A stretch of 64,000 bases of DNA from an uncultured Actinomycetota bacterium (GTDB lineage: Bacteria; Actinomycetota; UBA4738; HRBIN12), in contig CAVTEH010000008.1 of assembly GCA_963733635.1 (NCBI GenBank), positions 65,746 to 129,745 of the forward strand. Direction: 5' to 3'. Below are positions 18,949-28,811 of the stretch, piece after piece. The notes beneath the pieces were generated by a model. It saw only the letters and a list, made by a program, of their open reading frames with translations, searched no databases and was not told the DNA's origin. The stretch's first letter is position 1; every line of letters begins with the position of its first letter. The position numbers and the translations under genes are program-made.

Positions 18949-19653
18949 TCAGCCTCGACCGTACCGACCGGCGATCTTGTGAACTCGGGCACCGTCGAGC
19001 CGCCGAAGCTCGTGTGCTCGATCAACCGTGAGAGGGTCGCTTCCGCTCGGCGCGAGTCGGGCATGACCGCCACGACCACGTACAACCCCGAGGCGGGGAT
19101 GCCCATAGAGCGGACCGGGCCGAAGCCCGGCGCGGCCACGAAGTATGCCCATCGGGTGGGCGTGCCGCCGACGTTGCAGGTGCCCTGGCCCTGAGCCACG
19201 TAGTCACCGCCTCTGTGCTGTTCCAGGTCGAACGTGGGCCGGTGGTTGAGGTAGACCAAGTGCGCGTTCGGAGACACAGGAATCCGAGTGTGTGAGCTGG
19301 GAGAACAAGGGCCCGCTGGCGGCTAGGTAGTAGAAGTCCGACGGCACGCCGACCTCGGTGGCGTCGACCCACGTGGCCGACATCCCTTCGATCGAGCCGT
19401 CCATGCGCATCCAGGCCTTGGGTTCGGGCGAGGCCATGAACCCAGCCCTGGCGGTGCCCATGACCGCGGCCGGCCGCGCGTGCCACCCATCGGGGACGAT
19501 CGCCTTGACCTGGCCGGCCGTGACCCGTGAGAACGGGGATGCGGAGGCCTGGACGGTCAGCGGTGGGAGCACGACCCCAGGGTCGACGGCGCCGGGTGTC
19601 GAGCACCCCGCGCCCAAGAAGGCGATAGCGGCACCTACGATGATCTTCCGCAT
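18949..19653 (-). CDS. Lipoprotein, unknown function (frame broken as assembled; 3' end uncertain)
   Basis: ATG 19653 gives MRKIIVGAAIAFLGAGCSTP, a lipobox L-G-A-G-C. The body continues from ORF 19204..20079 into ORF 18777..19277, with a switch near 19270. That frame has no stop until 166 nt inside gcvT. A further shift to the frame that ends at 18949 is therefore likely. Confidence 0.5.
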
Positions 19654-19729
19654 CCGCGACCAGCCACGAGGATAGTCCCGCGCCCGCTGGAGCGCCATGG
19701 TGGTGCCGGACGGAAGCCTCGGCCGCGGT

Positions 19730-20953
19730 TCAGGCCGCTCCGGCCGGGGGAGAGGCAAGCCGCTGCCCGGCGTGCGACGGGATGCAGAAAGCAGCTCTCG
19801 TACCGCCGCCCGGCAGGGGGTCGGCCCACAGGATCCCGCCGTGCTCCACCACCATCTGGCGCGCCAGGTGAAGACCCACCCCCACCCCCGCTTTCTCCTT
19901 GCGCAGTGTGCCCTCGCCGGTCGAGAACGGTTCCTCGAACGATTGCGTGGCGACGGCTCGGTCCAGACCCTCGCCGTGATCGGTGATCGTGATGACGACG
20001 CCTTCGTCGAGCGCACGCGCCGTGAGTTCGACGGGTCGTCCCTGTGGTGAGTAGCGGCATGCGTTGTCCAGCAGCTCACGGACGACCCCTCCGATCCGTG
20101 CGCCGTCCGCGATGGCGTGCAGCGAATCGGCGACGCTGTCCTCGATGCGCACGTCCGGGTACGCCAGCTTCGTCTCGTCGACTGCGTGGCGAACGAGCGG
20201 GGCCAGGTCCGTCTCGGTCAGGTTCAGCTCGAACGTGCCACGCTCCAGCTCGGCGACCGTGATGATCTCATCGACGATGCCCATCAGCTTGTCGAGCGAG
20301 GACTGTAGCTGCGTCAGGAAGTCGCTGCGCTCATGTTCCGGGACCTCAGGGTTCCGCAGCACGTAGGCGATGCCCTTGGCCACGGTGACGGGCGTCCTGA
20401 GCTCGTGCGAGATGTTGGCCAGGAAGTCGGCCTTCGCCGAGGTCCCTTGCGTCACCTCGTCCTTGACCCTGGCCAGCTCGCTCTCCAGCTCGGTCGCCCG
20501 GGCCAGCGCGATGGCAAGTTCCTGACCCAGGTGTCCGGCCACGGATGCGGAGAAGGCAACCGAGCCTTCGGCCGAGGTCCGGATCGCGGCCAGCAGCTCG
20601 TCCGGCGAATCATCCTTCGACAGGTATCCGGCTGCCCCCGCGGTCAGCACCTGGGCCACCCGGCCTGGGTCGCGTCCCATGGTCCAGACCAGCACTTTGG
20701 AATCAGGGGATGAGGCGTGGAGCCTCTTCACCAGCTCGACGCCGCGCAGATCCTTGACCAGGTCGAGTCCCTCGACGTCGGGCTCGCACACGACGACGTG
20801 GGGCCGGATCCGGGCCGCCATCTCCACGGCACGGAACGGGTCGGTGGTGACCTCTACGGCCAGGTCGGCCCCGGCGCGCAGGAAGTGGTACTGGAGCCGG
20901 GCCAGCTCGTCCGCCGAGTCGCACAACAGGACATTCAGCTGCATGTCCGGCAT
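19730..20953 (-). CDS. Cytoplasmic sensor histidine kinase with N-terminal receiver-like domain
   Basis: It has an N-terminal REC-like fold (VLLCDSADE..HVVVCEPDVEG..AAGYLSKDD), a HisKA domain (FLANISHELRTPV) and a HATPase_c domain (RELLDNACRY, DHGEGL, GVGVGLHLAR). No TM segments are evident. Confidence 0.85.
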   Translation of the reverse strand: MPDMQLNVLLCDSADELARLQYHFLRAGADLAVEVTTDPFRAVEMAARIRPHVVVCEPDVEGLDLVKDLRGVELVKRLHASSPDSKVLVWTMGRDPGRVAQVLTAGAAGYLSKDDSPDELLAAIRTSAEGSVAFSASVAGHLGQELAIALARATELESELARVKDEVTQGTSAKADFLANISHELRTPVTVAKGIAYVLRNPEVPEHERSDFLTQLQSSLDKLMGIVDEIITVAELERGTFELNLTETDLAPLVRHAVDETKLAYPDVRIEDSVADSLHAIADGARIGGVVRELLDNACRYSPQGRPVELTARALDEGVVITITDHGEGLDRAVATQSFEEPFSTGEGTLRKEKAGVGVGLHLARQMVVEHGGILWADPLPGGGTRAAFCIPSHAGQRLASPPAGAA

Positions 20954-21009
20954 ATCGGGTCCGGCGGGAGGGTGGTTGAGGGACGAGTGCCGACGGCCTG
21001 TGCCAGGCG

Positions 21010-21654
21010 TCAGTGCACGATGCCGGTTCGGATGGCGATCGCGACCGCCTGAGCGCGATCGTTGGCGCTGAGCTTCTCGAAGATCCGCTCGAGGTGGGTC
21101 TTGACCGTGTGTGGCGAGATGCCGAGCTCGCTCGCCACCTGCCGCGTGGTGGACCCGTCGGCCACCTTCTGCAGGATCTCACGCTCGCGTTTGGACAACG
21201 GGGTGGACTTGGGTGTTTCACTATCGCTCAGACGCACCTCCTCGATGAAGGTCTTCGTCAGCTGCGGGTGGATCACCGCATTGCCCTCGACCGCGTTCTT
21301 CGCGGCGTCGACGAGGGCGTCGGGGGAGGCGTCCTTCAGCAGATACCCCGATACGCCCGCCTGGATCGCCTCCGAGATGGCACCCCGCGATTCGTCGATC
21401 GTGATGAGGATCACCTTCGTCTCGGGGGCGGCCTGGCGGATCCTCCGGGTTGCTTCGATGCCGTCCATGCCCGGCATGCGCACGTCCATGAACACCACGT
21501 CGGGGCTCAGCTCCCGCGCGCGCTCGACAGCTTCTTCACCGCTCGCGGCTTCACCGACGACGAGCACGACATCGTCTGAGAGCTCCAGCGCCGTCTTGAG
21601 ACCCTCGCGGGTGACGGGGTGGTCATCCACGATGAGCGCACGGATCGAAGGCAT
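21010..21654 (-). CDS. LuxR/NarL-family response regulator
   Basis: It has a REC domain (ALIVDDHP, VVFMDVRMPGMDG) and an HTH_LuxR domain (LSKREREILQKVADGSTTRQVASELGISPHTVKTHL). Confidence 0.92.
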   Translation of the reverse strand: MPSIRALIVDDHPVTREGLKTALELSDDVVLVVGEAASGEEAVERARELSPDVVFMDVRMPGMDGIEATRRIRQAAPETKVILITIDESRGAISEAIQAGVSGYLLKDASPDALVDAAKNAVEGNAVIHPQLTKTFIEEVRLSDSETPKSTPLSKREREILQKVADGSTTRQVASELGISPHTVKTHLERIFEKLSANDRAQAVAIAIRTGIVH

Positions 21655-21730
21655 CGTCGGGGTGCTCCTTCTCTTCGGGGAAGTACGAAGTACGCTGTCA
21701 GGATAGGACGACTCGAGGCAGGACGCTCAC

Positions 21731-22141
21731 ATGCATGAAGAAATCGTTTCCACAACCGCAGAATTGGCTGAGGATGCGGCCACCGCGACCGTGCCGGAGG
21801 CTGGCCCGCAGCGCAGCGACGAGTCCACGGACGCGCCTGGCGCCGACCGCGACGCCGTCGTCGAGGCGCTGAAGAATGTCATCGACCCCGAACTGGGCCT
21901 CAACATCGTCGACCTCGGGCTCGTGTACGAGATCGATATCGACCCGCAGGGCGACGTCGACATCCAGTACTCGCTCACCACCATGGGGTGTCCCATCGGA
22001 CCCATGATCGAGGACCAGATGCGCTCGTTCTTGCAAGGCGTGCCCGGTATCGGCGAGGTGCGGCCTGAGTTCGTGCTTCGGCCACCGTGGACGCCCGAGA
22101 TGATGTCGGACGAGGCGAAGGCGGCGCTCGGCATCTTCTAG
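21731..22141 (+). CDS. DUF59 / SufT-like Fe-S cluster assembly protein
   Basis: VIDPELGLNIVDLGLVY..TMGCPIGPMI is the typical MIP18/DUF59 signature. Confidence 0.85.
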   Translation: MHEEIVSTTAELAEDAATATVPEAGPQRSDESTDAPGADRDAVVEALKNVIDPELGLNIVDLGLVYEIDIDPQGDVDIQYSLTTMGCPIGPMIEDQMRSFLQGVPGIGEVRPEFVLRPPWTPEMMSDEAKAALGIF

Positions 22142-22195
22142 GATGGCGCCCGGTGTGCGTGCGAGATCCGGGCATCGAAACGAGGGAGGGCAACC

Positions 22196-23041
22196 ATGGG
22201 GGAGTACGCGAAGTCAGACGTGTTGGTCACCACCGACTGGGTCGAGGAGCATCTCGACGATGACGGTGTTCGCCTGATCGAGGTCGACGAGGACACGTCG
22301 GCCTACGACAAGGGGCACATCCGCGGAGCGGTGCGATGGGACTGGAGCACGGACCTGCACACCGAGGTGGGCCGGGACTTCCGGGACCAAGCTGGATTCT
22401 CGTCGCTGCTCTCCGACGCCGGGGTGGGTCCGGACACCACCGTGGTGCTGTACGGGGGCAACAACAACTGGTTCGCGGCGTACGCCTACTGGCTCCTGAA
22501 GCTGCGAGGGTTCGACGACGTCAAGCTGGTGAACGGCGGCCGCAAGAAGTGGGAGCTGGAGAGCCGCGAGCTGGTGCAGGAGGTGCCCAGCTTCGAGGCG
22601 ACCGGGTTCACGATCGCAGGCCGGGAGCGGCCCGAGCTTCGCGCCATGCGCGACGAGGTCATCGGCAAGGTCGGGAGCGAGACGGGCTTCGTTGACGTGC
22701 GCTCCCCCGAAGAGTTCCGAGGCGAGAAGCTGGCGCCCGACCATCTCCCACAGGAGCAGTCGCAGGTTCCGGGCCATATCGCCGGGGCGGCCAACATCCC
22801 GTGGGCGAAGGCCGCGAACGACGACGGTACTTTCAAGACCGCCGATGAGCTCCGCGAGCTGTACCGCGCCGAGGGCATCACCGGCGATGGCGAGATCATC
22901 GCCTACTGTCGAATCGGAGAGCGTTCGAGCCATACGTGGTTCGCGCTGCAAGAGCTGCTGGGGTACGAGAACGTCAAGAACTATGATGGCTCGTGGACCG
23001 AGTACGGCTCCTTGGTGGGTGCTCCGGTCGAGATGGGATAA
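22196..23041 (+). CDS. Thiosulfate/3-mercaptopyruvate sulfurtransferase (tandem rhodanese)
   Basis: It has two rhodanese domains. The active-site loop is YCRIGERSSHTW, and HIRGAV and HIAGAANIPW are also present. Confidence 0.88.
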   Translation: MGEYAKSDVLVTTDWVEEHLDDDGVRLIEVDEDTSAYDKGHIRGAVRWDWSTDLHTEVGRDFRDQAGFSSLLSDAGVGPDTTVVLYGGNNNWFAAYAYWLLKLRGFDDVKLVNGGRKKWELESRELVQEVPSFEATGFTIAGRERPELRAMRDEVIGKVGSETGFVDVRSPEEFRGEKLAPDHLPQEQSQVPGHIAGAANIPWAKAANDDGTFKTADELRELYRAEGITGDGEIIAYCRIGERSSHTWFALQELLGYENVKNYDGSWTEYGSLVGAPVEMG

Positions 23042-23655
23042 GGCACGCCGACGGCGAGATTGACGACCCCGCCGATCGCGAGCCCCAGACCCAGCCCCCC
23101 CGCAACATCCAGTGGGTTGTGCGCGCCCAGGTAGATGCGGGCGACGGCGACGAGCGCCACCGCGACCCAGGGCAGCACCCGCCATCGGCCGTGCAGGTAC
23201 GGAGCGATCGCCCACGCTAGGCCCGTCACCAATACGACGTGGCCCGAGACGAAGGAGACCCCCGACGTCGGCGTCCCGGCCCGAACGATCGCACCGGGCT
23301 CGGTGACGCCCGGGCGCTCGCGCTGGATGACCTCCCACACGAGGCGTTCGGCGGCCAGCTTGACCACCGTGATCAGCGCAGCGGCCAGTGCCAGGCGGTA
23401 CCTGCGCAGCACCAGCGCGACCAGCGCGACGAGCGGGCCGATCGCTAGGATCCCCAGGAACTGCGCGCCGGCCATGAGCGGTTCCAGGGCGTCGGGCAGG
23501 CCGTTGATCGCCTCGAACGCTTCTTGCTCGCGCTCCCCGACGGTGCCGGCTCTGGCGCCGGCTGCGCACACCGCGAAGAGCATGAACCCGGCGAGTGCGA
23601 TCCAGCCGTCGACCCTGCGGCGGCCGAACCCGGCGAGCTGCGAGCCGGCGTGCAC
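22981..23655 (-). CDS. PAP2-family phosphatase (membrane)
   Basis: The acid-phosphatase motifs are KLAAERLV..RERP, FVSGH and IYLGAHNPLDVAGG. There are several TM segments. The 3' end overlaps the convergent rhodanese gene by 61 nt. Confidence 0.8.
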   Translation of the reverse strand: MHAGSQLAGFGRRRVDGWIALAGFMLFAVCAAGARAGTVGEREQEAFEAINGLPDALEPLMAGAQFLGILAIGPLVALVALVLRRYRLALAAALITVVKLAAERLVWEVIQRERPGVTEPGAIVRAGTPTSGVSFVSGHVVLVTGLAWAIAPYLHGRWRVLPWVAVALVAVARIYLGAHNPLDVAGGLGLGLAIGGVVNLAVGVPYPISTGAPTKEPYSVHEPS

Positions 23656-23661
23656 GAGCGC

Positions 23662-24792
23662 CTAAGCGGGAGGCGCCACGGCGGCGCTCCTCTGCGCATC
23701 GGCGAGCTCACCGGCGATCGATCCCGGTGGTGGCGTGTCGCGCATCCAGCTCTTCTTGCCTCGCCAGATCAGATAGGTGAATCCGCCGATCGGGATCTGG
23801 ATGCCGTAGGTCAGCAGTCGGAAGATCAGGACGCCTGCCACGATGGCGCTCTTCTCACCGTCATAGAACCCGGTCAGACCGGCGATGTAGCCCAGGTCGA
23901 TCACGCCGACCCCGCCGGGCGTGATCGGGATGGCCGTCAGCAGCCGGCTGAACGCATAGACGGAGAAGATCTCGACCGCCGGCAGCTCCTCCTCGGAGAT
24001 CCCCATGCTCCGCAGCGACAGGATCAGGACGGCGCACAGGGCCACCTGAGACAGGATCGTGGTCCAAGTGAGCCGGATCCAGCGGCGACGAACCAGCACG
24101 ATCGTCTCTTGCCGGAACTTCACCGCCCGGTCGCCCATGTCGGTCGCCGGTGCCTTCCGGAACAGGTGCTTCACCCAGGAGATCACCCTGCCCAGGAACT
24201 CGCCGACCTTCCGAGCCATGGGTTCGCTTCGGAAGACCAAGGCCAGCAGCACCACGGCGACCGCCAGGATGGCGACTCCCACCACCGCGAGCGTCACGAG
24301 CTGCGCACTCGTGCTGCCCGCAAGGACCAAGAGGGCGAGGGCGATGACCGGCAGCGCCAGCTTCGTGAAGATGTTCCAGATGCCGGTGACCCCGATGTAC
24401 AGCGTCGTCTCCGCAGGAGTGAACCCCCAGGAGCCCAGCATGGCGAAGGTGACACCCAAGGCGATCGCGCCACCGGCAGGCAGAGTGTTGGCGACCGAGG
24501 TCGGTGTCTGCGTGAGGACCGCCGCCTGCCAGAACCCGAGCCCCGGCAGCGCTGCGAGGTTGGCGAGCCAGTACGTGACCAGGTTGAGGAACGTGACCGC
24601 CACGAGTGACCCGATCTCGAGCGGAGTGAGATCGCCGAACGCCCTGGCGATGTCTCGGTAGTTCGCGAACTTCGGGATCGCGAACACGAAGATCCCGACA
24701 ACGATCACCAGGCCTACCACGAACGTGGCGATCTGCTTCGGACCGATCTTGCGCTTTACGGGTGGCTGACCGGTGTCGGTCACAGCGGACAT
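23662..24792 (-). CDS. Lysylphosphatidylglycerol-synthase-TM-like (UPF0104, flippase-like) membrane protein
   Basis: It has about 8 TM segments and the motif ITPGGVGVIDLGYIAGL, which is characteristic of the LPG_synthase_TM family. Confidence 0.7.
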   Translation of the reverse strand: MSAVTDTGQPPVKRKIGPKQIATFVVGLVIVVGIFVFAIPKFANYRDIARAFGDLTPLEIGSLVAVTFLNLVTYWLANLAALPGLGFWQAAVLTQTPTSVANTLPAGGAIALGVTFAMLGSWGFTPAETTLYIGVTGIWNIFTKLALPVIALALLVLAGSTSAQLVTLAVVGVAILAVAVVLLALVFRSEPMARKVGEFLGRVISWVKHLFRKAPATDMGDRAVKFRQETIVLVRRRWIRLTWTTILSQVALCAVLILSLRSMGISEEELPAVEIFSVYAFSRLLTAIPITPGGVGVIDLGYIAGLTGFYDGEKSAIVAGVLIFRLLTYGIQIPIGGFTYLIWRGKKSWMRDTPPPGSIAGELADAQRSAAVAPPA

Positions 24793-24807
24793 GCGGCGAA
24801 CGTTACG

Positions 24808-24978
24808 TCACCAGCGCCACAAGCGCACCCCGACGTCGCCGGCCACCAGCACCAACGTCAGCCGGACCGCCCAGGAATCGCCCGTCGTGGCGGCGACCGC
24901 CAGGGCCCCGACGGCGACGACGACCGCGAGCACCTTCGCGACGGTCTTCGTGGAACCGGTGTCGTGTCCAGCATCCAT
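24808..24978 (-). CDS. Small (56 aa) predicted membrane protein
   Basis: This ORF is below the track's size cutoff. GAGGAGGAACACCG precedes ATG 24978, giving MDAGHDTGSTKTVAKVLAVVVAVGALAVAATTGDSWAVRLTLVLVAGDVGVRLWRW. It ends 15 nt before the start of 23662..24792. Confidence 0.45.
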   Translation of the reverse strand: MDAGHDTGSTKTVAKVLAVVVAVGALAVAATTGDSWAVRLTLVLVAGDVGVRLWRW

Positions 24979-25175
24979 CGGTGTTCCTCCTCGTCCGTGG
25001 TCGGTCGCCCGTGTGGAGAGAGCGTTTTCGAAAGCGGAAGCCTATGCGCTGCAGGGTGATGCGCGCAAATCCGACCCATGCGGTGGACTTTCGGCGCGGC
25101 GGGGCGGTACCCTAGATGTGTTCAGCGGATCCGTCCGGATCCGGTGCTCGCAGGATCAGGCCGGGAGGCATCGAC

Positions 25176-26591
25176 GTGGTCGTCAGCCAGGAAGAACACC
25201 TCAAAGCGCTCGACACGGGCTATCGCTTCGACTGGAAGGATCCCTCCCACGCCGTCTTCGAGCCCAAGCGTGGCCTGAGCGCGCAGGTCGTCGAGGAGAT
25301 CTCGGCGCTGAAGAACGAGCCGGAGTGGATGCGCAAGATCCGGCTGAAGGCCCTGCGGTACTTCGACATGCGTCCCATGCCGTGGTGGGGCGCCGACCTG
25401 TCGCGACATCGACTTCCAGAACATCTACTACTTCATCCGCTCTACCGAGAATCAGGCCGCCAACTGGGACGAGCTGCCCGAGGACATCAAGGGCACGTGG
25501 GACAAGCTCGGCATCCCGCAGGCGGAGCAGAAGTACCTCGGCGGGGTGAGCGCCCAGTACGAGAGCGAGGTCGTGTACCACAAGATCAAGAAGGAGCTGG
25601 ACGACCTCGGCGTCCTGTTCACGGACATGGACACCGCGTTGCGCGAGTACCCCGATCTGGTACGCGAGCACTTCGGCACGGTGATCCCGCCCAACGACAA
25701 TAAGTTCGCGGCGCTCAACACCGCCGTGTGGTCGGGCGGGTCGTTCATCTACGTGCCGCCCGGCGTGCAGGTCGACATCCCGCTGCAGGCGTACTTCCGC
25801 ATCAACGCCGAGAACATGGGCCAGTTCGAGCGCACGCTGATCATCGCCGACGAAGGCAGCTACGTGCACTACGTCGAAGGGCTGCTCGGCCCCGATCTAC
25901 ACCAGCGACTCGCTGCACTCGGCCGTGGTCGAGATCAAGGCCATGAAGGGCGCGCGGGTGCGTTACACGACGATCCAGAACTGGTCGACCAACGTGTACA
26001 ACCTGGTCACCAAGCGTGCGGTCGCCCACGAGGACGCCGTCATGGAATGGGTCGACGGCAACATCGGCTCGAAGGTCACGATGAAGTACCCATCGATCTA
26101 CCTGATGGGCAAGGGTGCCCGCGGTGAGGTGCTGTCCGTGGCCTACGCGGGCAAGGGCATGCACACCGACGCCGGCGGCAAGGCCATCCACGCCGCGCCC
26201 TACACCACCAGCGTCATCACCTCGAAGTCCGTCTCCAAGGACGGTGGCCGCACCGGCTACCGGGGACTGGTCCGTGTGGAGCCCGACGCCCACCACGCGA
26301 AGTCGACCGTGCGCTGCGACGCGCTGATCCTGGACGACGAGAGCCGCTCCGACACCTACCCCTACATCGAGGTCGAGGAAGAGACCGCCGCGCTCGGGCC
26401 ACGAGGCCACGGTCTCGAAGGTCGGCGACGACCAGCTCTTCTACCTGATGAGCCGGGGCCTGTCCGAGGTCGAAGCCACCGCCATGATCGTCAACGGTTT
26501 CATCGAGCCCATCACCCGCGAGCTGCCCATGGAGTACGCCGTCGAGCTGAACCGCCTTGTCGAGCTCCAGATGGAAGGTTCGGTCGGCTAG
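25176..26591 (+). pseudogene. sufB: Fe-S cluster assembly protein SufB, at least 3 frameshifts as assembled (probable indel errors)
   Basis: GTG 25176 follows GGGAGG. Stitching ORFs 25116..25703, 25546..26127 and 25925..26686 gives a colinear SufB of about 471 aa ([69 protein letters not shown]). The breaks are near 25403, at 25879-25881 (GGG run) and at 26396-26398 (GGG run). Confidence 0.88.
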
Positions 26592-26600
26592 GGCTGAACG

Positions 26601-27131
26601 ATGCGATCGCACGTCGAGCTCCTGCGCGAGGAGCTCTACGACGCGTATCGCATGATTCGAGACCGGGTCAAGGGACTTTCCGATGAGGAGTTCTGGTGGG
26701 CCCCCGTCGACGATGCATGGACCGTGCGCGAGACCCAGCGCGGCACGTGGGCTGCGGACTACGAGGAACCGGACCCCGATCCCGCGCCGATCACCACGAT
26801 CGGTTGGCGTCTCGTCCACGCGGCGGAGTGCAAGCTCATGTATCACGAGTACGCCTTCGGTGAGGCTCGTTTGACGTGGCCCCAGCTGGATAGTCCGCAC
26901 ACGGCGGCGGACGCGATCGGGGCTCTCGAACGCGGTCAGGATCTCGTCGCAGCAGACCTTCGATCGCTCGACGACGGCGGGCTCGATCGACTGGTGATGA
27001 CGAACTGGGGAGAGACCTGGCCGGCGTGGAGGATCTTCTGGACGATGATCCATCACGATCTCTGGCACGGCGGGGAGATCGGCGCACTGCGGGATCTGTT
27101 CCGCGTTGCAGCGCAAGGTCAGGTTGGGTGA
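26601..27131 (+). CDS. DinB-family (DinB_2-like) protein
   Basis: The product has a four-helix-bundle-type pattern ([37 protein letters not shown]) with His-rich metal-ligand positions. It sits between sufB and sufD. Confidence 0.7.
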   Translation: MRSHVELLREELYDAYRMIRDRVKGLSDEEFWWAPVDDAWTVRETQRGTWAADYEEPDPDPAPITTIGWRLVHAAECKLMYHEYAFGEARLTWPQLDSPHTAADAIGALERGQDLVAADLRSLDDGGLDRLVMTNWGETWPAWRIFWTMIHHDLWHGGEIGALRDLFRVAAQGQVG

Positions 27132-27159
27132 ATCCGACCTCCCAGGTAGCATTTAGTCC

Positions 27160-28485
27160 GTGACCACCGAAACCCAGCCGGAACTCACCACTTTCGACGA
27201 GCGTGCGCTCGCCGCTCTGCCCGAAGTGGCAGGGTTCACCGGCGACCTGCGCCGGCAGGCATTCGCCGACTTCGAGGCGCTCCCGATGCCGAGCCAAGAG
27301 ACCGAGGAGTGGCGCTACACCGACCTGTCCGCGTTCGAGCTCACCCACACCCCCTACACACCCGGCGGGCGGGCCGAGAACCTCGACGGCGTCCCCGGCG
27401 AGGTCCTGGCCGCCGCCGGAGACATCGGCGAACGGGCCGGATTGCAGATCCAGCACGACTCCGACGTGATGGTGACCCATCTGGAGCCCGTCCTGGAAGC
27501 CAGGGGCGTGATCTTCACCGACCTCGATGTCGCGGCCGCCGAGCACACGGACCTGGTCGAGCGCTATCTCCATGACCTGGTGCCCGCGAAGCGCACCCGG
27601 TTCACGGCGCTGCACGCGGCGTTCCGCACCGGGGGGACGTTCCTGTACGTCCCGCGCGACACCAAGGTCGATCTACCGTTGCAGACGCTCACCTACGTGG
27701 ACGTGAACGGAGCGGCAGTGTTCCCGCACACGCTGATCGTCGTGGAAGCAGGGGCCGAGGTGACCTTCATCGAACGGTTCGCCTCGCCCAACCTGACCAG
27801 GGCGTTCAGCGACGCCATCACGGAGATCCACGTAGGCGACGGCGCGCACGTTCGCTACGCATCGATCCAGGACTGGGGCTCAGGCATGACCCACCTGGCG
27901 ATCCAGCGTTCCCGGACCGGCCGAGACGCGGATCTGCGCACGCTGAGCCTGGGGTTCGGGGCCGACCTGGCCCGCACCGAGACGGAGGTCGAGCTGGCCG
28001 AGCCCGGCGGGTTCAGCGAGCAGCTCGGCGTGTTCTTCGCGGATGAGGAACAGCACTTCGACCACCGTTCGGTCCAGGAGCACGTGGCGCCCAACTGTCG
28101 CAGCGATCTGCTCTACAAGGGGGCCCTGCGCGATCGTTCCCGCGCCGTGTACTCCGGGTGGGTCTACGTCCGGCCAGGCGCGCAGAAGACCGACGCCATG
28201 CAGACCAGCCGCAACATCGTGCTCAGCGAGCACGCCAAGGCCGACGCCATCCCCAACCTGGAGATCGAAGCCAACGATGTGAAGTGCGGCCATGCCGCCA
28301 GCGTCGGTCCCGTCGACGACGACGCGCTCTTCTATCTGGAGTCTCGTGGGATCGCGCGCGACGAGGCAGAGCGGCTCATCGTGACCGGTTTCTTCCAGGA
28401 GGTGCTCGATCGCGTCCAGATCGACGAGGTGCGCGAGGGCGCCGAGGCCGCGATCGCTGCCGAGCTAGAGCGTGGTATCCGATGA
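27160..28485 (+). CDS. sufD: Fe-S cluster assembly protein SufD
   Basis: 441 aa with EEWRYTDLS, GAHVRY..IQDWG, CRSDLLYKGAL and ANDVKCGHAASVG (SufB/D beta-helix). The position in the operon also fits. Confidence 0.88.
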   Translation: MTTETQPELTTFDERALAALPEVAGFTGDLRRQAFADFEALPMPSQETEEWRYTDLSAFELTHTPYTPGGRAENLDGVPGEVLAAAGDIGERAGLQIQHDSDVMVTHLEPVLEARGVIFTDLDVAAAEHTDLVERYLHDLVPAKRTRFTALHAAFRTGGTFLYVPRDTKVDLPLQTLTYVDVNGAAVFPHTLIVVEAGAEVTFIERFASPNLTRAFSDAITEIHVGDGAHVRYASIQDWGSGMTHLAIQRSRTGRDADLRTLSLGFGADLARTETEVELAEPGGFSEQLGVFFADEEQHFDHRSVQEHVAPNCRSDLLYKGALRDRSRAVYSGWVYVRPGAQKTDAMQTSRNIVLSEHAKADAIPNLEIEANDVKCGHAASVGPVDDDALFYLESRGIARDEAERLIVTGFFQEVLDRVQIDEVREGAEAAIAAELERGIR

Positions 28486-28811
28486 GTCCGGCCGTGCGCG
28501 TGTGCGAGACCAAGGACGTGCCGCCGGGCGAGGCGCGCCGTTTCTCCCTGGAAGGCCGCGAGGTCGCCGTGGTGAACCTGGGCGAAGAGGGCTTCCGCGC
28601 CCTCGACGCCATCTGCAGCCACGCCCACTACCATTTGGACGAGGGTGAGGTTGACGTCGATTTCGAGACGATCGAGTGCCCCAAGCACGGGTCGACGTTC
28701 GACCTGAACTCGGGCAAGCCCCGCACCTTGCCGGCTACCCAACCCGTCGATGTGTTCCCCGTAAGCGCCGACGGCGACAACATCCTGATCGATGTGAGGA
28801 CCCAGACATGA
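28482..28811 (+). CDS. Rieske (2Fe-2S) ferredoxin-like protein
   Basis: CSHAHYHL...CPKHGSTF is the Rieske CxH...CxxH motif. There are ATGA overlaps with sufD upstream and sufC downstream. Confidence 0.85.
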   Translation: MSPAVRVCETKDVPPGEARRFSLEGREVAVVNLGEEGFRALDAICSHAHYHLDEGEVDVDFETIECPKHGSTFDLNSGKPRTLPATQPVDVFPVSADGDNILIDVRTQT

